This document shows, in pieces, positions 1 to 8,687 of a stretch of DNA of 64,000 bases. The first letter of the stretch is position 1; each line of letters opens with the position of its first letter. The translations under genes were made by a program, and so were the position numbers. This stretch comes from Porticoccaceae bacterium (GTDB lineage Bacteria > Pseudomonadota > Gammaproteobacteria > Pseudomonadales > Porticoccaceae): contig JBFJYH010000002.1 in assembly GCA_041622675.1 (NCBI GenBank), positions 16,566 to 80,565 on the forward strand, read 5' to 3'. Under the pieces are notes generated by a model. The model saw nothing but the letters and a program-made list of their open reading frames with translations. It searched no databases and was not told the DNA's origin.

Positions 1-108
1 AATAATAGAAAATAAAAATACTTGACGACTTGTTATGCGTTTTAGGCTGGGATTGATCGATTAATCCTCAGCCTGTTAAAAAAGGGAAGCTTTCGAGCAT
101 CCCTTTTT
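1..108 (+). ncRNA. Candidate small RNA, copy 1. The 5' end may lie outside the window. It ends in an intrinsic terminator.
   Basis: An A-rich AAUAA-type tract is followed by the conserved core ACGTTTTAGGCTGGG. An internal hairpin AGGCTGGGATT/AATCCTCAGCCT follows. The terminator hairpin GGGAAGC-TTTCGA-GCATCCC (84-103) ends in a T-run. The unit is paralogous to 259-394. Confidence 0.35.
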
Positions 109-223
109 TAACGTCTAAATTTTATCGCTGACCAACAATCAACCAGAGGTTAATTCAGCTGCAAACCGTATTTTCTCAAAACTATGTAACAGCAAAAATT
201 TGTAAAAAAATTTAAAAAATTCT

Positions 224-252
224 TTGCATAATTCTCTAAGTCTTATTACTAT
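224..252 (+). promoter_or_regulatory. Sigma70-like promoter, TTGCAT-17 nt-TACTAT
   Basis: The -35 TTGCAT lies at 224-229, the spacer is exactly 17 nt, and the -10 TACTAT lies at 247-252. It sits upstream of sRNA-like copy 2. Confidence 0.4.
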
Positions 253-258
253 AACCAC

Positions 259-394
259 AAGTCATCCAGAAGATGATCAATAAGAATAACAATAAATAAT
301 AAAAATAACAGAAACGTTGCTATACGTTTTAGGGTGGGTTAGATCCATAAACACATGGCATTTTGAAAAGGGAAGCTTTCGGGCTTCCCTTTTC
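259..394 (+). ncRNA. Candidate small RNA, copy 2
   Basis: It starts downstream of the 224-252 promoter. It has an A-rich AAUAA repeats tract and the core ACGTTTTAGGGTGGG. It ends in a perfect terminator hairpin GGGAAGC-TTTCGG-GCTTCCC (370-389) followed by TTTT. No convincing ORF is present. Confidence 0.35.
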
Positions 395-684
395 ACTACC
401 TGCCTCTTGCCTTTTCTCAAGCTTTCATAACTTTGTTTTAATTTTCCCTCTATTGAAAGGGGCTTCTACTAATAGATATTGCCTTCACTCTATAAACCAA
501 TCTCTCAAGCCCGCCCACAATTTGGAAACCCCTTTTTATGACAACCTCTAGTCTTTTCACCACCACCTTGCCCCTCCCTTGCAAAGTCTCATTCTCGAAC
601 TGATTTATCTATCGCCCGCACCCCTAATGCCTGTATGCTAAACTCCCTCCTTTCTTTCTTTGCTCTAGGTTTTAAGCCCACTCC

Positions 685-2037
685 ATGCTAAAACGCATTG
701 CCAAAACATTAGGCTTCAAAAAGAAGCGTAAAAGCTCTGGACCACATATCGTGCCGCCAGGCTCTCACCCCATAAAACCCAAAGATATTAGCCGTGCCGC
801 TTCCGAGGTTGTCAGCGGCCTGGAAGAGGCAGGTTATAAAGCTTATGTCGTGGGCGGCTGTGTGCGCGATCTATTACTCGATCTCAAGCCGAAAGACTTC
901 GATGTCGCCACGGACGCCACCCCCGAACAAGTCAAAGCTGTTTTCAGACGCGCTCAAATCATCGGCCGCCGTTTTCGTATTGTCCATGTGCGCTTTGGCC
1001 GCGAGGTGATAGAAGTCACCACTTTCCGTGCCCACCACACAAGTAATCCAGGTAAAGATAAAAATCTTTCTCGCCAGTCTAAAGAAGGCATGTTACTGCG
1101 CGACAATGTCTTTGGTTCAATAGATGAAGACGCCAGCCGACGCGATTTCAGTATCAACGCCATGTACTACCACCCTACCGACAACACTATTTACGACTAC
1201 GCCGGTGGTTTGGCGGATCTCAAACAAAAATCCTTACGCATCATTGGTGATGCCGCCACACGCTACAGGGAAGACCCCGTGCGCATGTTACGCGCCGCCC
1301 GTTTTGCCGCTAAATTAAATTTTAATCTCGACGATAAAACTCTCGCGCCCATTGCTGAATGCGCCACTTTACTCGGTGATATATCCTCAGCCCGTTTATT
1401 TGATGAAAGCTTAAAACTTTTTATGAGTGGGGCGGCGTTTGCAACCTACGAGCAGCTACGCCAATTGACGCTGTTTACAGAGCTTTTTCCTCAAACAGCC
1501 CCGCTTCTTGATAATGATTTCTATCAAAAATTGATCAGCCAAGCGATGCGTAACACCGACGCCAGAATCAATAATCGCCAGCGCGTAACACCGGCCTTTA
1601 TTTATGCCGCACTTTTGTGGCCAGCACTGAGCGAGCAGCGCAAAGAATACGCCGCCAAAGGAGATTCACCTCTCTACGCTCTGCAACAAGCCGGTAGTGA
1701 CGTTATCCAACAACAAATCAAACGCACCGCTATTCCACGGCGTTTCACCACAATGATGAAAGAGATCTGGGATCTACAAGGCCGCCTCCACAAGCGCAAT
1801 GGACAAAACGCATCCCGCCTGTTCAGCCACCCCCGCTTTCGCGCCGCCTATGATTTTCTGCTGCTACGAGAGCAAGCCGGTGAACAAACTCAGGGGCTGG
1901 GTGAGTGGTGGACGCTGTATCAAGAAGTCGATGAGGATGAACGCGAGGCCATGGTCGCCGCTTTACCGAGACAAAAGTCAGGCGGTAAAAAGCGACGTCG
2001 CCCTCGCCGTAAACCTAAAGCGGATCATGCCAACTAA
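685..2037 (+). CDS. pcnB: Poly(A) polymerase I
   Basis: The 450-aa product has the nucleotidyltransferase core GGCVRDLLL..KDFDV and a basic C-terminal tail. It sits in the conserved pcnB-folK arrangement. Confidence 0.93.
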   Translation: MLKRIAKTLGFKKKRKSSGPHIVPPGSHPIKPKDISRAASEVVSGLEEAGYKAYVVGGCVRDLLLDLKPKDFDVATDATPEQVKAVFRRAQIIGRRFRIVHVRFGREVIEVTTFRAHHTSNPGKDKNLSRQSKEGMLLRDNVFGSIDEDASRRDFSINAMYYHPTDNTIYDYAGGLADLKQKSLRIIGDAATRYREDPVRMLRAARFAAKLNFNLDDKTLAPIAECATLLGDISSARLFDESLKLFMSGAAFATYEQLRQLTLFTELFPQTAPLLDNDFYQKLISQAMRNTDARINNRQRVTPAFIYAALLWPALSEQRKEYAAKGDSPLYALQQAGSDVIQQQIKRTAIPRRFTTMMKEIWDLQGRLHKRNGQNASRLFSHPRFRAAYDFLLLREQAGEQTQGLGEWWTLYQEVDEDEREAMVAALPRQKSGGKKRRRPRRKPKADHAN

Positions 2038-2536
2038 GGTCTATCTCGGTCTGGGCAGCAATCTTAAGTCACCAGCACGGCAAATCAAAACTGCCCTCAA
2101 GGCTATCGCCAAACTTCCTGGTACTGAGCTAAGAAGCTGCGCACCATGGTATCAAAGCGCCCCTATTGGCCCCGGCAGCCAGCCCTGCTATATCAATACA
2201 GTGGCTGCGATAGACACCGTACTCAAGCCCCTCACCTTGCTGCGGGCACTGCAACAAATAGAAAAGCAACAGGGTAGAAAGCGCATTGTGCACTGGGGGC
2301 CCCGTACCCTGGATATCGATATTCTGCTCTACGCCACACTGACTTTAAATACGCGGCAGTTAACAATTCCCCACCCCCGACTTGATGAGCGTAATTTTGT
2401 CCTCCGTCCCTTGGCCGATATCGCCCCTAATTTATGCCTTCCCGACGGCACCCCGTTGGCTAAACTATTGGCAAACTGTTCAACAGAAGGTATTGTCCGC
2501 CTCAGCACTGGAGGAAGCCGTGGACGTACTGGCTAA
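2027..2536 (+). CDS. folK: 2-amino-4-hydroxy-6-hydroxymethyldihydropteridine diphosphokinase (HPPK)
   Basis: The N-terminus is MPTKVYLGLGSNL, and WGPRTLDIDILLY and HPRLDERNFVLRPL are present. The ATG at 2027 overlaps the pcnB stop. The longer tracked ORF from 1799 lies inside pcnB and was rejected. Confidence 0.9.
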   Translation: MPTKVYLGLGSNLKSPARQIKTALKAIAKLPGTELRSCAPWYQSAPIGPGSQPCYINTVAAIDTVLKPLTLLRALQQIEKQQGRKRIVHWGPRTLDIDILLYATLTLNTRQLTIPHPRLDERNFVLRPLADIAPNLCLPDGTPLAKLLANCSTEGIVRLSTGGSRGRTG

Positions 2537-3203
2537 GACTATTAATTTCACCCCTAATATCGGCACATTACCTCGCTTCATCGCGGTAGAAGGGCCCATT
2601 GGTGTTGGTAAAACGTCCCTTGCCAAGCGTTTGGCCGAGACTTTCCACTATCAAACCTTATTGGAAAATACCGCTGACAATCCCTTTCTAACTCGCTTTT
2701 ATCAGGACAGGAAAGCCGCGGCTCTGCCAACACAACTGCATTTTCTATTGCAAAGAGCTGGGCAAATAGAGGATTTACGCCAGGGAGATATGTTCCAGCC
2801 ACTGCGCATTGCCGATTTTCTAATGGACAAAGACCCCCTCTTCGCTCGGGTCACCCTTGACACTGACGAGTTGAAAATATACCAGGCCGTGTACCAACAG
2901 CTAACCCTGCATAAACCCACACCCGACCTAGTGATTTATTTGCAAGCACCGGCAACCGTACTCATGGAGCGCATCAACGCCCGCGGGGTGGCCAGCGAGC
3001 GCAATATTGATCTCGCCTACTTGACTGAGCTCAATGAAGCCTACATGGAGTTTTTTCATTACTACGAGACGGCACCGCTGCTAATTATTAACGCTGCAGA
3101 TATTGATCCCATTAGCAATGAAGATGACTACTCCAATCTAGTGAACTGCCTACTCGAAATTAAAAGCGGGCGACACTACTACAACCCCCAGGCACATTTT
3201 TAA
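2520..3203 (+). CDS. Deoxynucleoside kinase family protein
   Basis: The P-loop IAVEGPIGVGKTSLAKRL fits the dNK/dCK-type fold. I chose the GTG at 2520, which follows GGAGGA. The tracked start at 2382 overlaps folK. Confidence 0.75.
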   Translation: MDVLAKTINFTPNIGTLPRFIAVEGPIGVGKTSLAKRLAETFHYQTLLENTADNPFLTRFYQDRKAAALPTQLHFLLQRAGQIEDLRQGDMFQPLRIADFLMDKDPLFARVTLDTDELKIYQAVYQQLTLHKPTPDLVIYLQAPATVLMERINARGVASERNIDLAYLTELNEAYMEFFHYYETAPLLIINAADIDPISNEDDYSNLVNCLLEIKSGRHYYNPQAHF

Positions 3204-3247
3204 ACTAGTTCGCCAACCCTGTATTACGCATTAAATGAGACCCAGCG

Positions 3248-4039
3248 ATGAAATCTGTCACTATTAACACCCTTAACAGTTACAAAATTGCCGGTGACAA
3301 GTTCCCCGTCATCACTGCCTATGACAGTGCATTTGCGCGCCAGATTGAGCTCGCGGGCATCGAGGTTATTCTAGTTGGTGATTCTTTAGGTAACGTCATT
3401 CTCGGGTACACCAGCACTGTGCCTGTCACCATGGAAGACATGCTGCACCACACAAGTGCAGTGAGTCGCGGCAACAGCAAATCTTTGATTATTGCCGACA
3501 TGCCCTATATGTCCTACGCCACCAAACAAGACACCCTCGCCAATGCAGCACGACTCATGCAAGCTGGCGCGCAAATGGTCAAAGTCGAGGGCGGGGCCTG
3601 GCTAGAGGAGTCTGTCTTTAGCCTCAGTCAACGTGGTGTGCCGGTCTGCGCCCATCTCGGCCTAACCCCACAATCCTTCAACAAGCTGGGTGGCTATAAA
3701 GTGCAGGGTCGCGACGAGGAAGGCGCCGAATTGATTCTGCGCGACGCCAAGCTTTTGCAGGAAGCCGGTGCCGATATGCTAGTCCTAGAATGCGTACCCA
3801 CAACGCTAGCGACAACAATTACGGAAACTTTAGATATTCCCGTGGTTGGCATTGGTGCGGGTCCCAATACCGACGCCCAGGTACTTGTACTCTACGATAT
3901 GCTCGGCTTTTCACCCCGCATCCCCAAATTCACTAAAAACTTCCTCGCAGAAACGAACAGCGTACAGTTAGCCCTACAGGCTTATGCTGAGGATGTGCGC
4001 AGTGGTGAGTTCCCCCAGGCTGAACACGGCTTTAAATAA
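3248..4039 (+). CDS. panB: 3-methyl-2-oxobutanoate hydroxymethyltransferase
   Basis: The 263-aa product carries typical PanB motifs: ITAYD, LVGDSLGNV and VKVEGG. Confidence 0.93.
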   Translation: MKSVTINTLNSYKIAGDKFPVITAYDSAFARQIELAGIEVILVGDSLGNVILGYTSTVPVTMEDMLHHTSAVSRGNSKSLIIADMPYMSYATKQDTLANAARLMQAGAQMVKVEGGAWLEESVFSLSQRGVPVCAHLGLTPQSFNKLGGYKVQGRDEEGAELILRDAKLLQEAGADMLVLECVPTTLATTITETLDIPVVGIGAGPNTDAQVLVLYDMLGFSPRIPKFTKNFLAETNSVQLALQAYAEDVRSGEFPQAEHGFK

Positions 4040-4086
4040 ACGCCGCAATAGAAATGCCCTTCCGCGCAGCCTCAGGCCCATCTCAA

Positions 4087-4401
4087 CTAAGCTTGAGCGC
4101 CGCAAAACATACCGTGTAGGGCCTCAATAATCACACCCACTTTGGGATCATCGAGCCGATAATAAATAGTCTGCGACTCGCGCCGCGTCGCCACCATAGC
4201 GCTGCGACGCAGAGTCGCCAAATGTTGCGATAGCGCCGACTGGCTGAGGGGAACGCGCTCATTCAGAGAAGTGACTGATAACTCACCTTCGCTTAACGCG
4301 CAGAGAATCATCAAGCGATTTCTGTTTGCAAGCGCTTTTAACAAGCTTTCTGCCTCACTGGCATGGACGGCTAAGTCAGCCAAGTCCCCATCAATTTCCA
4401 C
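4087..4401 (-). CDS. ArsR/SmtB-family repressor of the BigR/SqrR (persulfide-sensing) type
   Basis: The winged-helix core is NRNRLMILCAL...SQSALSQHLATLR. There are only two Cys residues, at 34 and 100. The 66-residue spacing matches the BigR C42/C108 and SqrR C41/C107 sensing pairs. The gene lies divergent from rhodanese, PDO and YeeE genes. Confidence 0.75.
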   Translation of the reverse strand: MEIDGDLADLAVHASEAESLLKALANRNRLMILCALSEGELSVTSLNERVPLSQSALSQHLATLRRSAMVATRRESQTIYYRLDDPKVGVIIEALHGMFCGAQA

Positions 4402-4730
4402 TCCAAATACCTCCAGAAATCTAGCTCCATGTTTTATGCTGGTATTAAGCCTAGTACATTATGAATTGCTAAAACAAACTATACTAATACAATAAATCTA
4501 TATCAGACTGTGATTTGCCAATAAACAGCGGAGAGGGGGGGGCTTATCATACTAATTATGGCACCCAGTTTCTCACTCCAAAAAACATCAGACCCGAGCT
4601 ATATGCCCGGTTAAAGAATACCCAGCGGAAATTACCATTAGGGTTTATAGCTGTTTGAAGTAACGTTGTTACTTGATTGGACTATAGTTTTTATGAGCCA
4701 AATCACCATGCAAAACAACAGGATCAAATT

Positions 4731-5102
4731 ATGACCACTGCAATACAACTCATTCAGCAAGCCAAATCAAAAGTTCGCTGCATCAACATACCAGAAGCCA
4801 AAGAACTCATGAAACTCGGTGGTGTTACTCTGCTCGATGTCAGGGAAAAGGTAGAACATAACGCCGGGCACATCAAAGGCGCAGAACATATCTCTCGCGG
4901 TGTGCTCGAAATGCGCATCGAAAACCACCCAGCCTTTACCGACCATGGCTCTGCCATCCTCGTCTATTGCAAGTCAGGAGGTCGCTCTGCTCTTGCCGCC
5001 GCCACCTTGCAAGAACTGGGATACTCCAATGTTTATAGCCTTGAAGGTGGCTTTGATGCCTGGAGCAAAGATCAAGTGCTACCCGAAGGCATTGTCGACT
5101 AA
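4731..5102 (+). CDS. Rhodanese-domain sulfurtransferase
   Basis: It has the active-site loop CKSGGRS and a single rhodanese domain. I chose the ATG at 4731, which follows AGGA. The tracked ORF starts at 4677. Confidence 0.8.
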   Translation: MTTAIQLIQQAKSKVRCINIPEAKELMKLGGVTLLDVREKVEHNAGHIKGAEHISRGVLEMRIENHPAFTDHGSAILVYCKSGGRSALAAATLQELGYSNVYSLEGGFDAWSKDQVLPEGIVD

Positions 5103-5248
5103 TTAGGTTTCCACAGCTCATACCCCCGCATTTGAACTCACGAATTAACACCCACAGATTGCACCCTCAGTAACCCGAGCCGGTTTGTGAGAAACTGAAT
5201 TTTGATAACTGACATTCGCCAACCCATCAGTAGATCGGCTATCAAACC

Positions 5249-5322
5249 ATTATATTAGATCAATATAATATAACAGAGCGATATAGTTAACACATTGCTA
5301 ATATAATGCATTCTAATATAAT
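5249..5322. promoter_or_regulatory. Candidate BigR-type operator cluster built on the motif CTAATATAAT
   Basis: A perfect palindrome ATTATATT-N5-AATATAAT lies at 5249-5269. Direct copies of CTAATATAAT lie at 5298-5307 and 5313-5322. All sit immediately upstream of the MBL/PDO gene start at 5349. Confidence 0.5.
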
Positions 5323-5348
5323 AAACCTCATCCAGATACGAGGTCTTC

Positions 5349-6203
5349 ATGATGCAAGTAAAAACCTATTTCGATCAGGACACATCAACCTTTACTCACC
5401 TGGTCTGGGACGAAAGCGCCAAACAGGCAGTCATTATCGACCCTGTGCTGGATTTCAATTACCGCTCAGGACGCACGGGAACACACGCTGCCGACGCTGT
5501 TATCAACGACATAAAACAGCTCGACCTCAGCCTACAATATATTCTTGAAACCCATGCCCACGCCGACCACTTGAGTGCAGCACCCTACATAAAACAACAG
5601 TGTGGCGGGCAAATAGGGATCGGCGCCAAAATACCGACGGTCCAGGATGTCTTTAAAGATATCTTTAATATGGCCAACTTTCCTGCCGATGGCAGCCAGT
5701 TCGATTTACTGCTAGGTGAAGGCGATAACCTCGCACTGGGGGAACTCAATATTAAGGTATTAGAAACGCCGGGGCACACTCCCGCTTGTGTGTCCTACCA
5801 AATAGACGATGCCATTTTTATCGGCGACACCTTTTTCTCACCCAGTTACGGCACCGCCCGTGCCGATTTTCCTGGTGGCGATGCAAGTGCGCTGTATCAG
5901 TCACTACAGCGCATTCTCAGCTTTCCCGATGCAACAAGGCTTTTTCTGTGCCACGACTACCCAGAAGCAGGCGTAGAGCCGCGATATCTCTGCACCGTCG
6001 CTGACCAGCGGAAAAACGTCCATCTGCAAGGCTCTGACGCCGAAGCCTTTGTGGAAATGCGCAGAGCCCGTGACGCGCAATTGGAGATGCCGGTGCTGAT
6101 TTTACCGGCCATCCAGGTAAACATCCGCGCCGGCGAATTACCGGCCGCGGAGGGTAACGGCGTCGTCTACCTAAAAATACCATTAGACCAAATCGTGAAA
6201 TAA
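5349..6203 (+). CDS. MBL-fold hydrolase, persulfide dioxygenase-like (Blh/ETHE1 family)
   Basis: It has the metallo-beta-lactamase motif ETHAHADH and a downstream GHTPA. Its neighbours are a rhodanese, a BigR-like repressor and YeeE-like proteins. Confidence 0.75.
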   Translation: MMQVKTYFDQDTSTFTHLVWDESAKQAVIIDPVLDFNYRSGRTGTHAADAVINDIKQLDLSLQYILETHAHADHLSAAPYIKQQCGGQIGIGAKIPTVQDVFKDIFNMANFPADGSQFDLLLGEGDNLALGELNIKVLETPGHTPACVSYQIDDAIFIGDTFFSPSYGTARADFPGGDASALYQSLQRILSFPDATRLFLCHDYPEAGVEPRYLCTVADQRKNVHLQGSDAEAFVEMRRARDAQLEMPVLILPAIQVNIRAGELPAAEGNGVVYLKIPLDQIVK

Positions 6204-6258
6204 GGTAATGTCTCGCCACAGAGTGGCTCAATCACAATTGAAATACAGGCAATAACAC

Positions 6259-6681
6259 ATGCATCCATTTATATTAGCTTTGATTGGTGGCGGGCTTGTC
6301 GGCTTGGCTGCCGTTATGATGATGGCCCTGAAAGGCCGCATCGCCGGTGTCAGTGGTATTTTGACGGGATCTCTTACAGAGAGCGGCGCTGAACGCATCT
6401 GGCGCATTCTTTTTATAGCAGGAGTGATTGTCGGTGGCGCTCTTCCCGTCTTTCTATCCAGTGACTTCAAGCCACCGATACCCCAAAGCGGCATCCTACT
6501 CACTATTCTCGGCGGTCTCGCTGTAGGTATCGGCACCGGCTTAGGTAGTGGCTGTACCAGCGGCCACGGTATTTGCGGCATCGCACGACTGTCTCAACGC
6601 TCGATAATCGCCACCTGTACATTTATGGCAGCAGGCTTTATCGGCGTCTATTTACTCAAGCACGTCCTTGGAGGTCAATAA
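6259..6681 (+). CDS. YeeE/YedE-family sulfur-compound transport membrane protein (half-size)
   Basis: It is polytopic and hydrophobic. It carries the conserved GCTSGHGICG motif. Confidence 0.75.
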   Translation: MHPFILALIGGGLVGLAAVMMMALKGRIAGVSGILTGSLTESGAERIWRILFIAGVIVGGALPVFLSSDFKPPIPQSGILLTILGGLAVGIGTGLGSGCTSGHGICGIARLSQRSIIATCTFMAAGFIGVYLLKHVLGGQ

Positions 6682-6682
6682 A

Positions 6683-7114
6683 ATGTCAACGCAAAAGACG
6701 GCACAACAAGTATCTGCTCTCGTATCGGGCCTCGTGTTTGGCATCGGCATGGCGATATCGGGGATGACTAACACCGAGCGTGTACAGGGCTTCCTCGATC
6801 TTGCCGGCGCCTGGGACCCCACACTGGCCTTTGTGATGGGTGGCGGCCTGATCGTTACTTTCATCGGCTATAAATTCGTGCTCAAAAAACCCGCGCCTCT
6901 TTTTGGCGATACCTTCCATTTACCTACGAATACGGATATCGACAAAAAACTGCTGATCGGCGCTGTGCTTTTTGGGGCAGGTTGGGGTCTAGTCGGCTAC
7001 TGCCCCGGCCCGGCAATTGCTGGCCTAAGCTATGCCTATCCAACAACCTTACTATTTGTTGCGACGATGCTGATAGGTCTACTCTTAGCACGGTTCATCA
7101 GTAGGCGCCTTTAA
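6683..7114 (+). CDS. YeeE/YedE-like membrane protein (second half-size paralog)
   Basis: It is hydrophobic and Gly-rich (GWGLVGYCPGPA). Its ATG follows GGAGG at 6669 and sits next to the upstream stop codon. Confidence 0.7.
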   Translation: MSTQKTAQQVSALVSGLVFGIGMAISGMTNTERVQGFLDLAGAWDPTLAFVMGGGLIVTFIGYKFVLKKPAPLFGDTFHLPTNTDIDKKLLIGAVLFGAGWGLVGYCPGPAIAGLSYAYPTTLLFVATMLIGLLLARFISRRL

Positions 7115-7554
7115 GCCCTTCCAATACCATACGAATCTCCAGCAGTTCATAGGTGTGGTCTGCGGTTTCACAATAGTACCACCCATCATTTACAATTCCG
7201 CCATGCAGCATAAAGCGGGCCATGGTCAATGGTTTTCTCGGAGGTCTGACCCAAAACAAAAAGTTCACCTGTTGCAGCGAAAAATTCCCTTACACCAGAG
7301 CGCCGAAGCTGACTCGCGCTAGATTATCTTCACTAACTCTAGCCAAAATAAGTTCAGAAAACTCACCCCTAAAAGCAAGGCCCGCAGCTTTCTTGCAAGT
7401 TATTTTTACCAACCAACTTTAAGTAACACCCATACTTTTTGATCACCATTGACACCCGCTGCGCCGGCTTTCAATATATAGAGGACCTCGCTTACTCGAG
7501 AGCAAACCTTTGGACACCTGTTTCCCTCCCACAACACTAGGTCACCCATATCGT

Positions 7555-8343
7555 ATGCATTCAGAAGCACAAGACATCATCGCTGCGGGCCACCGCATCA
7601 ACACCCTGTTGCTAGGAGAGCTTGATACAGACAAGCCCACCCTGATTTTTCTCCACGGTGGTCTCGACTGCATTGATATGTGGCGTAAGTTTCCCCGGCA
7701 ATTATGCGAGGCCAGCGGACTTGCCGGCATTGTCTATGACCGCTGGGGCCACGGTAAATCCGACCCACTGATGCTACCTCGCCCCGGCGACCCTAGAGAA
7801 GACGAAGCTGGCCAGCCAATCGCCGACATCATTAAACACTTTGCCTTAAATCGAGTCATTTTAGTTGGCCACAGTTTTGGCGGCGCTATCGCCTTAATTG
7901 CCGCCAGTAAGCACCCAGGCAATATCTGCGGCATTATTTCGATCGTACCCCAATTGATCATGCACTCCGGTGCAATAGACGGCCTCAAAAAGGCGGAAGA
8001 GGCTTTTTATAAGGGCCGCTTACGTGAAAAGTTACAGCCATTTCACGGCAATAAAACCGATGTTCTTTTTAAGAATTGGGCCAGCATGGCGCAGAAAAAA
8101 ACCACCCCAAAAATACCTTACGCGACATCATTAAAAGAAATCACCTGCCCTGTGCTCGCCATCTTTGGCGAACAAGACAACTACGGCCATCAACCTAATC
8201 TTGACCTCATCGCCAGTCAGGTAGGCAGCTCTTTGGAGACATTCAAAATAGAAAAAGCTGGCCACTATCCACATCTTGAAACACCTGAACCCGTTATTGT
8301 TGAAAGTTGCGCCTTCCTTAGCAGATATACCCCTTCATCTTAA
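7555..8343 (+). CDS. Alpha/beta-fold hydrolase (possible esterase)
   Basis: It has an HGG oxyanion-like LIFLHGG and the nucleophile elbow GHSFGG. The start is uncertain: TTG at 7510 or ATG at 7555. Confidence 0.75.
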   Translation: MHSEAQDIIAAGHRINTLLLGELDTDKPTLIFLHGGLDCIDMWRKFPRQLCEASGLAGIVYDRWGHGKSDPLMLPRPGDPREDEAGQPIADIIKHFALNRVILVGHSFGGAIALIAASKHPGNICGIISIVPQLIMHSGAIDGLKKAEEAFYKGRLREKLQPFHGNKTDVLFKNWASMAQKKTTPKIPYATSLKEITCPVLAIFGEQDNYGHQPNLDLIASQVGSSLETFKIEKAGHYPHLETPEPVIVESCAFLSRYTPSS

Positions 8344-8687
8344 CAGCATATCGCAACCTCTCTATCCTCCTCTGGTAGCAAAATACGAATTTTCGGAGTA
8401 TCTCAAGGCAGGATGCGAACAACTGCGGTCTTGTCATAATGAACAACGCCGACAAATAGTTCACTTCACAAGATAAGGACTAGCACTGGGCATATTCGTT
8501 AAGCCGCTGAACCCTGCTGCCCTTTCTACGCTTTTTGTACTGTAAGCATTCTGTACTACCAAGCCACTAAGCACCCGGGCTGTCCTTTTGAATATTTTGT
8601 CAAATCGTCTTTGCCACGTATGATGTCTGCCCAAATTATCCCAATGCAATTAGCGCATTTATCAATCAGCCTTAAGGAACTGACATA

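Noticed and set aside
224-252. Fur box overlapping the sRNA promoter, by analogy with PrrF/RyhB
   Set aside because: The best alignment to the 19-bp Fur consensus gives only about 8 of 19 matches. That is not distinguishable from AT-rich background.
363-551. 62-aa tracked ORF in the leader upstream of pcnB
   Set aside because: It starts at a TTG inside the terminator hairpin of the sRNA-like unit and has no RBS. Its composition is low-complexity and hydrophobic. It is most likely non-coding.
1799-2026. N-terminal extension of the folK ORF, and likewise the extensions at 2382-2519, 10902-11108, 15569-15613, 29604-29657, 39576-39629, 53134-53190, 59692-59775 and 61176-61262
   Set aside because: These extensions overlap upstream genes or have no family-like sequence. 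Internal starts with an RBS give proteins of canonical length, and those were used instead.
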